From the NCBI GenBank assembly GCA_016201465.1, contig JACQCV010000021.1, positions 1-42,487 on the forward strand: 42,487 bases of DNA. Direction: 5' to 3'. A program made the translations under genes and the position numbers. The notes beneath the pieces were generated by a model. The model did not search any database, was not told the DNA's origin, and was given only the letters and a program-made list of their open reading frames with translations. This document shows, in pieces, positions 18,973-27,954 of this stretch (position 1 is the first letter of the stretch; each line of letters begins with the position of its first letter). The stretch comes from Candidatus Vogelbacteria bacterium. GTDB taxonomy: Bacteria; Patescibacteriota; Minisyncoccia; Phycocordibacterales; UBA12445.

Positions 18973-19497
18973 GTGAAGTATTGTCCATATGACGCGACAC
19001 TGCTGGTTGAGAAAGACTTTGAAGGAAAAAAGCATATGGCTTGTCCCAAGCCTAAGTGTGAGTTCGTTAATTGGAATGGACCACTTCATGTTGTGGCAGT
19101 AATTATCCCGCATCAGGACGGACTTGCGATGGTTAAAAGGGGTGTGAAGCCAATTGGTAAGTGGTGCTTTCCATGTGGTTTCATTGATGAACATGAGTCT
19201 GCCTATAATGCTGCTATTCGAGAAACGTATGAAGAAAGCGGACTGGTAACCGTGCCAAATAAGTTGGTTGGTACGTTTTGCCCAACACCCGCAAAGAATC
19301 AAAACATCAATGTTTATGTTTCTCGAGTTGTTGGGGGTGTAATGGTGGCCGGTAGCGACAGTACTGATGTTGGAGTCTTCAACAAGGAAAGACGTCCAGA
19401 TAGTTTTGCCTTCGAATTTCACGAGAGGCTATACGATGCCTATTTCGATGGTAGAATCAAGCTTGATGATGAGGGCTCTGTTCTAATTTCAATTTAG
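18973..19497 (+). CDS. Zn-ribbon NUDIX hydrolase
   Basis: YCPYD..CPKPKC, Nudix box GFIDEHESAYNAAIRETYEESG, SD AGGAGG. Confidence 0.88.
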   Translation: MKYCPYDATLLVEKDFEGKKHMACPKPKCEFVNWNGPLHVVAVIIPHQDGLAMVKRGVKPIGKWCFPCGFIDEHESAYNAAIRETYEESGLVTVPNKLVGTFCPTPAKNQNINVYVSRVVGGVMVAGSDSTDVGVFNKERRPDSFAFEFHERLYDAYFDGRIKLDDEGSVLISI

Positions 19498-19509
19498 TCG
19501 AATTTAAGT

Positions 19510-19537
19510 AAGGCCGTGGTTGATTCCACGGCTTTTA
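19510..19537 (+). terminator. Intrinsic terminator
   Basis: AAGGCCGTGG-ttgatt-CCACGGCTTTT. Confidence 0.75.
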
Positions 19538-19575
19538 TATTTGCACACAAAAAGAATTTATTGTATAGTCTTTCA

Positions 19576-22206
19576 ATGCATAAGGAGACTAAATACGAGA
19601 AGAGCGGCAAAATAATAGTAAGAGGCGCGAGAACTCACAATTTGAAAAACATTACAGTTGAGATGCCTCGCGATAAGATGGTGGTTTTCACTGGTCTTTC
19701 GGGTTCCGGTAAATCTTCCTTGGCGTTTGATACAATATTTGCCGAAGGACAGAGAAGATACATAGAATCGTTGTCGTCGTACGCCAGACAGTTTCTTCGG
19801 CAGTTCCAAAAGCCTGATGTTGATGAGATAATTGGATTGTCGCCGGCTATATCTATTGATCAAAAATCCCACTCCTCGAATCCAAGATCGACTGTTGCAA
19901 CTATTACTGAAATTTATGACTACATGAGAGTTCTTTTTGCGCGTATTGGCAGGCCCCACTGTTTGATATGTAGCCAAGAGATAAAGAGACTTTCGAATGA
20001 CGAGATTGTAGACTTTATAATGAACAAGCTTAAGAGGCATAATCTCGATGACAAGAGCAAGACCGATCAGGTTAGTAGAGTAATGATATTCGCGCCTGTT
20101 GTTCGTGGAAGAAAGGGTGAGTATTACCAGCTTTTATATGACCTTTTGGGTAAGGGCTATACACAGGTTAAAATAGATGGAACGATCTATAAATTACGAG
20201 AGCAAATAGTATTGGATAAAAACAAAAGACACGATGTTGATGTATTGATCGATGAAATTTCATTGGTTGAGCGAGATGGACTGGCGTCTGCGATTACAAA
20301 TAAAGAAAAAATAATTAGGGATCGCTTAGCAGAAGCGATTGGGATTGCCCTGGCTCAATCTGACGATACTCTTAGAGTAGTCTTCAATATGGATCAGGGG
20401 CGGGTCGTATTATCGGGTTTGGGTCCGAAGTGGGAGGAGATTGGGATGTCGGCAAAATATACCTGTCCTAACGATGGATTTTCGTTTATGGAAGTTGAAC
20501 CGAGGTTGTTCTCATTTAACTCACCATTTGGGGCCTGTGAAGTTTGTCATGGGCTCGGAACCAAAACCCTGTTCGGTGATGAGCCATGTGATGCATGTCA
20601 GGGTAAAAGGTTGAGACCGGAGGCACTGAATGTTTTTATTGCTGCGAAAAACATTGTTGATCTAAGCTCAATGTCGATTAAAGATGCTTTCATTTTTTTT
20701 AAAGAACTAAAACTTACCGAAAGAGAGATTGGAATTTCGTCTGTTGTTACCAAGGAGATTCAAAATAGAATTAAATTCATGCTAGACGTCGGATTGGACT
20801 ACTTATCGCTCGATCGTCGTGCTGGCACGCTCTCTGGTGGAGAGGCACAAAGAATAAGATTGGCATCGCAACTCGGTTCACGCCTGGTAGGGGCCCTTTA
20901 TGTTTTAGATGAGCCAACGATTGGTCTCCATTCTCGTGACAACGACCGCTTGATTAAAACCTTAAAGGATCTACGCGATTTAGGTAACACAATTATCGTT
21001 GTCGAGCATGATGAGGATACTATTTTCGCCTCCGATTATCTTGTCGATATTGGCCCAGGTGCTGGGGTGCATGGTGGTGAAATAGTCGTCTCAGGACCGA
21101 CAGACGAACTAATAACTAACCGAAAGAACAAATCCCTTACGCTTGATTACCTTCGTGGTGATACAAGGATTGAATTGCCCAAAAAGAGACGCGACAAAGA
21201 GATGGGCTCACTTAAGATTATTGGGGGCAACATTTTTAATATTAAGAATTTAAATATCGATGTTCCTTTAGGTAAATTGATATGTTTAACCGGCGTCTCT
21301 GGATCGGGTAAGTCTTCATTGATGGATGAAATTATTTTTAGAAACCTGCATAACCGTTTTGAACGTAGACGGAAGGCTCTGCCGGAAAATTGTACTAACT
21401 TTTTAGGTGCGGAGTATGTTTCACGAATTGTTTCTATTGATCAGTCTCCAATCGGTAGAACCCCTCGTTCAAATCCTGCTACGTATACTGGCGCGTTCAC
21501 ACACATCCGTGATATGTTTGCTGAAACTGTCGACGCCAAGGTTAAAGGTTTCAGATCAAATAGATTCTCGTTCAACGTTAAGGGCGGTAGGTGCGAAACA
21601 TGTGAAGGTAATGGGCAAATTGCGGTTGAGATGCTTTTTCTTCCCACAGTTTATGTGCCTTGTGATGTTTGTAGTGGGAAGAGGTTTAATCGCGAAACAC
21701 TTGATGTTAAATATAAGAAAAAATCTATACACGATGTACTTAAAATGACAGTTGAAGAAGCAGGAAGATTCTTTGCGGAAATTCCCGCGATTTATGACAG
21801 ATTAAAAATATTAAATGAAGTTGGGTTGGGTTACCTGGAATTAGGACAATCTGCAACAACACTCTCCGGTGGAGAATCTCAACGCGTAAAGATTGCTTCG
21901 GAACTCTATCGCCCAGGTCTTCATAAGACAGTCTACTTGCTGGATGAGCCTACCATCGGTCTTCATTACGAAGATGTAAAAAACTTGGTTGAGATTCTGC
22001 AAAGATTGGTTGTACACGGTAATACAGTGATCGTGATTGAGCATAACATGGATGTAATTAAATCTGCTGATTACATAATTGATATGGGGCCAGAGGGTGG
22101 TGTTAATGGTGGTCAGGTTATTGCACATGGTACACCGGAAGCTGTTACAAAAGTTGCGAGATCTTACACAGGTCAATATCTAAAGAAAGTTTTGAAAAGA
22201 AAGTAG
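19576..22206 (+). CDS. uvrA: Excinuclease ABC subunit A
   Basis: Two Walker A motifs ([16 protein letters not shown]), two LSGGE signatures and Zn modules. ATG 19576 follows TTGCAC-17-TATAGT. Confidence 0.98.
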   Translation: MHKETKYEKSGKIIVRGARTHNLKNITVEMPRDKMVVFTGLSGSGKSSLAFDTIFAEGQRRYIESLSSYARQFLRQFQKPDVDEIIGLSPAISIDQKSHSSNPRSTVATITEIYDYMRVLFARIGRPHCLICSQEIKRLSNDEIVDFIMNKLKRHNLDDKSKTDQVSRVMIFAPVVRGRKGEYYQLLYDLLGKGYTQVKIDGTIYKLREQIVLDKNKRHDVDVLIDEISLVERDGLASAITNKEKIIRDRLAEAIGIALAQSDDTLRVVFNMDQGRVVLSGLGPKWEEIGMSAKYTCPNDGFSFMEVEPRLFSFNSPFGACEVCHGLGTKTLFGDEPCDACQGKRLRPEALNVFIAAKNIVDLSSMSIKDAFIFFKELKLTEREIGISSVVTKEIQNRIKFMLDVGLDYLSLDRRAGTLSGGEAQRIRLASQLGSRLVGALYVLDEPTIGLHSRDNDRLIKTLKDLRDLGNTIIVVEHDEDTIFASDYLVDIGPGAGVHGGEIVVSGPTDELITNRKNKSLTLDYLRGDTRIELPKKRRDKEMGSLKIIGGNIFNIKNLNIDVPLGKLICLTGVSGSGKSSLMDEIIFRNLHNRFERRRKALPENCTNFLGAEYVSRIVSIDQSPIGRTPRSNPATYTGAFTHIRDMFAETVDAKVKGFRSNRFSFNVKGGRCETCEGNGQIAVEMLFLPTVYVPCDVCSGKRFNRETLDVKYKKKSIHDVLKMTVEEAGRFFAEIPAIYDRLKILNEVGLGYLELGQSATTLSGGESQRVKIASELYRPGLHKTVYLLDEPTIGLHYEDVKNLVEILQRLVVHGNTVIVIEHNMDVIKSADYIIDMGPEGGVNGGQVIAHGTPEAVTKVARSYTGQYLKKVLKRK

Positions 22207-22293
22207 AGTAGTTGACGCTACTATATATTTATGTTAGATTTCAATTAACGTTAGATCTTTGACAGTCTGCCTTAGGCAGGGAAGGATAAAAAG

Positions 22294-22878
22294 ATGTTTA
22301 GTCTCAAGAGGGTTTTGCTAATATCTTTTTCGATCGCAGTTTCAATGGTGGCTTTGGGGATTTGGCCGGAACAATTTAGTCGGTCTGCGAATTCACAAGT
22401 CACTGTGTGTTCTGGGCAAATTCTAGAGTTGAACAAGGTGAGTCAGCAGATCAGCTGTACCTCAGGATTCTACAGCCTTCACGACCAAATTCCCATGTCG
22501 TCAGACGGAGACGAGATTTCTGGTGTTGTAGAACTATTTGGAACGGTTAATGTTGGGAGGCATCCCTATTACGATGTTGCTGAACATATAGATCGGGTTG
22601 AGAAAGTAATCAAGCAGATTAAGTTTCTCGCAGACTGGAGTGATGTTTCGAGTCAGAGCGATGATAGGGTAGTGTCAGTGATGGAGCGAATTGCTGTTTT
22701 GAACAATGAACGAGAGTCACTTTACGCTCACCTCGATGATAGTTTGGTGGACGGTAGCATTACATCGACGCAATACGACTTTTACTCTAGTCAGTGGATT
22801 GCACCGACGTGGAAGGGTCTTGCGAGTGCTTCGTCTGGGCTGGACCAGGCTATTAACAATCGGACATTTGCAAAATAA
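22294..22878 (+). CDS. Hypothetical exported protein
   Basis: N-terminal signal-like hydrophobic stretch; promoter TTGACG-17-TAGATT at 22212-22240. Confidence 0.7.
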   Translation: MFSLKRVLLISFSIAVSMVALGIWPEQFSRSANSQVTVCSGQILELNKVSQQISCTSGFYSLHDQIPMSSDGDEISGVVELFGTVNVGRHPYYDVAEHIDRVEKVIKQIKFLADWSDVSSQSDDRVVSVMERIAVLNNERESLYAHLDDSLVDGSITSTQYDFYSSQWIAPTWKGLASASSGLDQAINNRTFAK

Positions 22879-22893
22879 ACAAAGGAGGCTCTA

Positions 22894-23181
22894 ATGAGAT
22901 CGGAGAAGGTTGATCGCACACTTCTTGAGCAGTTTTTGGGTAAGGATCAAGATTTTCGTCTGAGGGTGATTGTGAAAATGATTGGGGAAACCGATTCAGA
23001 CAAGGTTAGAATGCTTCGCGATCTCGGTGCCGACGGTGCAATTGACGAAACCGTTTACATTTCGACGCGGTTGACTAAAGCCGCAGTTGAAACTCTTTCC
23101 GATCAGGATTGGGTCGTTGCAATTGAGGTGCCGGCAGACCCCACCTATAATCCAGGTGATCCGCCTTGGCTAGTTAGGTAA
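22894..23181 (+). CDS. Small protein resembling a subtilisin propeptide (I9-like)
   Basis: SD AAGGAGG; pattern KVD..L..RVIV..L.DLG..V..L...DWV.AIE. Confidence 0.5.
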   Translation: MRSEKVDRTLLEQFLGKDQDFRLRVIVKMIGETDSDKVRMLRDLGADGAIDETVYISTRLTKAAVETLSDQDWVVAIEVPADPTYNPGDPPWLVR

Positions 23182-23191
23182 TTCGTGTTGC

Positions 23192-23222
23192 CCGTTTGTG
23201 ATTAATTTCACAGACGGTTTTT
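23192..23222 (+). terminator. Intrinsic terminator
   Basis: CCGTTTGTGA-ttaatt-TCACAGACGG-TTTTT. Confidence 0.85.
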
Positions 23223-23372
23223 GTTTTATTCAGTCTGTAGTATATAATTTATTTATTACGGAAATTAAAAAGGCATTTATCGAAGAGAGATATGTTGATT
23301 CTACTATGACTCTTTGTAACGTTTGTGGGCGGCTAGCTATTATAAAAAACGTAATAGATTTAAGATTTTAAG

Positions 23373-24341
23373 ATGTTAACAACAAGAGTCGCGGTATTGC
23401 GCGGGGGCCCAAGTTCAGAATACGACGTATCCTTGAATACGGGTGCTAACGTTTTGAAGGCACTTGCCCCCATATATAAAGTAAAAGACGTTCTCGTGAC
23501 AAAGAACAGTGAATGGTATATGGATGGAGTTAAGGTTAACCCCGAGATTGTTTGTAGGGGTGTTGATGTTGTGTTCATTGCAATGCATGGTGAATTTGGC
23601 GAAGATGGGCAGGTTCAAAAGATTTTGGATAGATTCAAGGTTCCTTATACAGGCTCACGATCGTGGCCATCTAAAGTTGCTATGAATAAGGCTCTGACCA
23701 AAGATTACTTTAGAAAGAACGCTATTCGAACTCCGCATGGTTTACTTGTGCATAGTTCTGGTGAGAGCGTGGAAGAATTAACCAGTAAAATATTTAACAA
23801 AGTTTCTCCACCATGGTTTGTGAAGCCAAATATTGGTGGGTCGTCAGTTGGGGCCAGTTTGTGTAAAAATATTCCCGAACTCATCGTCGGCTTGAATCAA
23901 GCATTCAAATATTGTGAATCTGTAATTGTTGAGGAGTGTATTAAGGGCAGAGAGGCAACCTGTGGGATCATTGAAAATTTTCGGGACACCAGACGATATG
24001 CTTTGTTTCCAATTGAGATTATAAAACCGGACAACAGATCGTTCTTTGATTATCAGTGTAAGTATGATGGGACAACAAAGGAGATTTGTCCTGGTAATTT
24101 CTCAAAGGAAGAGAAAGATGAGATGCAGAGGATGGCTGTTAAAATTCATAAAGCTATTGGTTTGCGCCATTACTCCCGTTCCGATTTTATTGTTTCACCT
24201 CGTGGGATCTATGCTCTCGAGGTTAATACACTTCCAGGATTGACATCTGAATCACTATTTCCAAAGGCAATGGCTGCCGTGGGCTGCGGATATGCGAGTT
24301 TTTTGGAACACCTGATCAATCTGGCACTTGCTGACAAATAG
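23373..24341 (+). CDS. ddl: D-alanine--D-alanine ligase
   Basis: GGPSSEYDVSL, HGEFGEDG, VKP..GSSVG, FFDYQCKY, EVNTLPGLT..SLFP. Confidence 0.95.
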   Translation: MLTTRVAVLRGGPSSEYDVSLNTGANVLKALAPIYKVKDVLVTKNSEWYMDGVKVNPEIVCRGVDVVFIAMHGEFGEDGQVQKILDRFKVPYTGSRSWPSKVAMNKALTKDYFRKNAIRTPHGLLVHSSGESVEELTSKIFNKVSPPWFVKPNIGGSSVGASLCKNIPELIVGLNQAFKYCESVIVEECIKGREATCGIIENFRDTRRYALFPIEIIKPDNRSFFDYQCKYDGTTKEICPGNFSKEEKDEMQRMAVKIHKAIGLRHYSRSDFIVSPRGIYALEVNTLPGLTSESLFPKAMAAVGCGYASFLEHLINLALADK

Positions 24342-24364
24342 TTAGACATAATATAGAAAACTAT

Positions 24365-26305
24365 TTAGAGGATATTTTCGGGCTCTACTTTTATAACGAA
24401 TCTTTTTGGCAGTGATTCAAGAATTTCTAAAAGATTTGAATAAGGAGATTCCTCATTGCGTTCGTTTGTTTTTGAGGATTTTGGCGGCCACTGACTTGGT
24501 TCAATCTTGAGGAGTATGTTTATTCTGTCTTTGTTGTTGATTCTTTCAATAAAGGCGTTGAATTTGTTAGGATCATATTTCTTAAGAAATGTTTCAAGTT
24601 GATTCATTTCTTTGTTAACCAAATCCTTTGGGCCTTCAGCGGTTATTTTTATCAGGGTTTTGAATGGAGGAAATTCAAATCGTTTTCTCTCTTTGATTTC
24701 GTTCCTATAAAATTCTAAAAGATCACCTCTCATTACGTGCTCAAAAATCTTTTCGTCCGGCTTGCGTGTTTGAATCAAGAAAGTATTTAATGACAATAAC
24801 TTTAGTCGAGTTAGAAAGCTAAAAATGTTTTCACTGATTCTAAAATCTGGAATAGAGAAAAGCGTGTCTATAGAAATTACGGCAATATTTGGAATTTCAG
24901 AATTTAAATAGTTAAGGATCATCTCTGTGGCTATAAGAATTGAGCCCGGAGTACTTTTAAAGTCGTCTATAATTTTACTTGCTTGTTTGTAACTCTTTGC
25001 TACATTACTATCAAGTCTAAAAACTTTTGCGGCGATAAATATACTTTTTACCTCTTCCTCAATCTTTTCTGTTGCGACACCCAGAGCTTTAAGCTTCCAT
25101 CCGCTGCACTTAGCACACTTTATATCTGTAGATGATTTTGCTCCACATTTATTACAAGCAAAAATATTTTCCTGTTTGGTTCTAAACAAGACCATTGGAA
25201 GTGTGCAATTTGCACATAAAATTATTTCACCACAGTCAGAACAGGTGGTTGTTGTTCCTAAGCCCTTGCGAGTACAAACAAGGAGAATCTGCTCTTTGTT
25301 TTCGAGTGCTTGCTTGACTGCCTGTTTTGTTTTGGGACATAGAATTGCGTTCTCCTCTACCATTTTTCTCATGTCGATTAATTCCTGTCGAACTTCTTTT
25401 GGGAATCGATATTTCAATGGAGCTTCTGGGATAAAAGTGCCGGCCTCCGCCCTAAATATATCTTCGATTCTTGGAATCGAATCGCCAAGGATGAGTTTAG
25501 CATCGAGTTTTTTTGATAGTTTTTCGGCAAAAACTCTTATGTCAATGTATGGTCTGGCCATTGATTTGTAAAACTGTGAATTTTCCTTATCAACAATGAT
25601 CGTTGCCAAGTCATCTCGCGGGAGTGAAATGAAGCTTGGTGTAGTGATTATCAAGACTGGATGTTCTTCTTTAATTGCCGAATTCCACCTTTCGAGTATA
25701 AGTTTCGTCGGTAGTCTGCCATGTAAAATGGTTGTGTACTTCTCGATTCCCTTTTTTAGTAGCTCGCCACAATTTTCTACATCATGAATTGTAGGTAAAA
25801 CAAATAGTGCGGAACGCTTTTTTGCAAACTCTTCTCTAATAAGGCTTCTGTAAAAAGAGTAGCGTTCTTCATCAACCATACCTAGTACGGTGACTTCAAA
25901 TCTTTTGGTCTTTATTGGTGTAATTCTTGCTATGCTGGTTGAATCGACTTCTTGTTTTAGCCAATTATCCAAGATTGACTTTGGAGTAAGATAACGAATT
26001 ATTTGTCCAGGTGAAGTTACGAAGTATTGTGCTGACTCTCTCGCCGCCTCAATAAATGCAGGAGACAAAGCAGAGTTGGAAATTATCCGCTCAATTTTCT
26101 TCAAACCGAAATCTGAACTTTTTAGATCAGATTTTAATTCGTCCGCTTGAGCGATTGATGTAACCACCCCTAGGATGTCGGACTTGCGGAGGGATATGAG
26201 TACCAGGGCACCGATCTCAACTTCTTTTGTGGTGAAGTATGAAAGGTCCTCATTGAAAGGACTTTTTGTTATTGGTGTGACTTTTACAACTTTGAGATTC
26301 TCCAT
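24365..26305 (-). CDS. priA: Primosomal protein N' with degenerate helicase motifs
   Basis: N-terminal 3'-binding-like domain, four CxxC pairs, PDFR, IQT, FPPF. Walker A is absent and DEEH is replaced by DKEN. Confidence 0.88.
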   Translation of the reverse strand: MENLKVVKVTPITKSPFNEDLSYFTTKEVEIGALVLISLRKSDILGVVTSIAQADELKSDLKSSDFGLKKIERIISNSALSPAFIEAARESAQYFVTSPGQIIRYLTPKSILDNWLKQEVDSTSIARITPIKTKRFEVTVLGMVDEERYSFYRSLIREEFAKKRSALFVLPTIHDVENCGELLKKGIEKYTTILHGRLPTKLILERWNSAIKEEHPVLIITTPSFISLPRDDLATIIVDKENSQFYKSMARPYIDIRVFAEKLSKKLDAKLILGDSIPRIEDIFRAEAGTFIPEAPLKYRFPKEVRQELIDMRKMVEENAILCPKTKQAVKQALENKEQILLVCTRKGLGTTTTCSDCGEIILCANCTLPMVLFRTKQENIFACNKCGAKSSTDIKCAKCSGWKLKALGVATEKIEEEVKSIFIAAKVFRLDSNVAKSYKQASKIIDDFKSTPGSILIATEMILNYLNSEIPNIAVISIDTLFSIPDFRISENIFSFLTRLKLLSLNTFLIQTRKPDEKIFEHVMRGDLLEFYRNEIKERKRFEFPPFKTLIKITAEGPKDLVNKEMNQLETFLKKYDPNKFNAFIERINNKDRINILLKIEPSQWPPKSSKTNERNEESPYSNLLEILESLPKRFVIKVEPENIL

Positions 26306-26473
26306 ATTTGTAACTTTATTTTTACAAATAAAGGCGATTTCGTCTATATTACGGAGGTTACAATTATGTGTTATCGCTCTTGACTTTTACTTTATGATAT
26401 GCTACACTCCTAGCTGAAAAAGGTTGAACATTGTTAGGGTCAAATTCAGCATATCGCTGAGAAGGAGAATACT

Positions 26474-27019
26474 ATGGATTCCATCGAGGCAACTGGCCAA
26501 ATCCTCAACAACTGGAGGACTGCAAAGCTCTCTGGGCAGATTCCCGTGGATATGGTTTACCGGCCGGCAATCAGCCGCGTTGGTGGGAAGCTGAGTCTCT
26601 ACTGCAAGGACGCCAACGGGAACAAGTTGGGAGACGTGCTTACGGTTGAGGTGGATCTCTCGGAGAACGAGAAGATTCGCTTACTTCAAGAGAAGAATCT
26701 TGAGCAAGCCCTTCGTGATCAGCTTGTGGACCTGAATCGGCAGTCCACGCAAAACATCAGTTTGTCCGAGCCGATCTTCTGGCTCACCTGGGGTGAGTGC
26801 TTCGACGATCTGGGCCTCATATGCCTTTTCGCCCTCCTCCTTGTGGGCGTGAAGTTGGGTTCACACTTTAACTGGAAGTTGGTTCAGCCGAAGGATTTCC
26901 TGTTCTTCGTGCCTTTCCTGGCTCTGGCTACCTGGATCGGTTGGCCACGCAAGGCCAAGGTCGTCGAGGTGGTGGCTGCCCCTGTTACTGAGGCTCCCGT
27001 TGATCCGGAAAAGAAGTAG
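26474..27019 (+). CDS. Hypothetical membrane protein (two C-terminal TM helices)
   Basis: Promoter TTGACT-17-TACACT (26380-26408), SD AAGGAG, visibly higher GC than flanks. Confidence 0.7.
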   Translation: MDSIEATGQILNNWRTAKLSGQIPVDMVYRPAISRVGGKLSLYCKDANGNKLGDVLTVEVDLSENEKIRLLQEKNLEQALRDQLVDLNRQSTQNISLSEPIFWLTWGECFDDLGLICLFALLLVGVKLGSHFNWKLVQPKDFLFFVPFLALATWIGWPRKAKVVEVVAAPVTEAPVDPEKK

Positions 27020-27047
27020 AAGCAGGAAGGAGTTAAAAGCTCCAAAT

Positions 27048-27081
27048 ACCCCAGTCAGGCTATGCCTGGCTGGGGTTTCTT
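27048..27081 (+). terminator. Intrinsic terminator
   Basis: ACCCCAGTCAGGC-tat-GCCTGGCTGGGGT-TTCTT. Confidence 0.85.
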
Positions 27082-27181
27082 ATTTCCTTGCAAATCGCTT
27101 GACAGAATTTGGCACGTCTGCTAGAGTCTGATTTAGAACAGTAACACTAACAGTGAACCCTGACAATAGAGGAGGAAAGCG

Positions 27182-27895
27182 ATGAAGAATCCTTTCAAGT
27201 TGCTCTGGAGATTTATTTGCGGCACGGCTGATTCGACGGTCACGTATTTTGAAAACAAGCAGGATCCCAAGAAGGTTTTGAAGCAATCTATCGAGGAAAT
27301 GCGTGCCGAGTACACTGAGTATAAGAAGGGTGGGGTTGAAGCTGAGGTGGCCCTTAGGGGATATGAGAAGGAGCTCGAAAAGTATAAGGTCCAGCTTCGG
27401 ATTTTGAATCGAAAGGCCGAACAGGCTGTCGCAGATAAGAATGATGCCCTCGCACGAGCAGTTCTTCACAAGAAAAAGGAAGTTGAGATGCTTGTAACGA
27501 TGTACGAGCAGAACATGAAGGACCAAGTCATGGCTGTTGCACAATTCAGGCAGCAGCTTGAAATAAGGGAGGGCAAGATTGCCTCTGCATGTGGGAAGCA
27601 GAAGGTTCTGGAGACTAGGTCCAAGGTTGCTGAGATGAGTCAGAAGATGGCAGAGTCGAGATCAAGTATTCTGGCACCATCCGGTGAAGGCGGTGCGTTC
27701 GCAGAGTGGGATCGGGCCGAGGCAAAGATCGAAGAGGCCATGACTCGTGCGGAGATCACTACTGAGATTTCGTCTCGGGAGTTCAGTCAGCAGGACGAGA
27801 TCAAGCTGTTGACAAACACCACTAGCGATGTCGATGATGAGCTGGCCGCACTCAAGCAGAAGCTGCAACTTCCGGAGAAAACAGAAAAGAATTAA
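27182..27895 (+). CDS. pspA: PspA/IM30 family protein
   Basis: Amphipathic N-terminus, DPKKVLKQSIEEM, AEQAV...NDALARAVL, AFAEWDRAEAKI, VDDELAALK. Promoter TTGACA-17-TAGAGT and SD GAGGAGG. Confidence 0.88.
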   Translation: MKNPFKLLWRFICGTADSTVTYFENKQDPKKVLKQSIEEMRAEYTEYKKGGVEAEVALRGYEKELEKYKVQLRILNRKAEQAVADKNDALARAVLHKKKEVEMLVTMYEQNMKDQVMAVAQFRQQLEIREGKIASACGKQKVLETRSKVAEMSQKMAESRSSILAPSGEGGAFAEWDRAEAKIEEAMTRAEITTEISSREFSQQDEIKLLTNTTSDVDDELAALKQKLQLPEKTEKN

Positions 27896-27903
27896 GGTGT
27901 GTA

Positions 27904-27938
27904 CCCCACAGTCGAAAGGCTGTGGGGATTTCTATTTT
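27904..27938 (+). terminator. Intrinsic terminator
   Basis: CCCCACAGTC-gaaa-GGCTGTGGGG followed by a T-rich tail. Confidence 0.8.
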
Positions 27939-27954
27939 GTGTTAAAGTAGAGGT

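Noticed and set aside
20390-20430. G-rich hairpin-like stretch in a variable uvrA loop
   Set aside because: Relies mostly on G-U pairs in a G/T-rich strand and is indistinguishable from chance.
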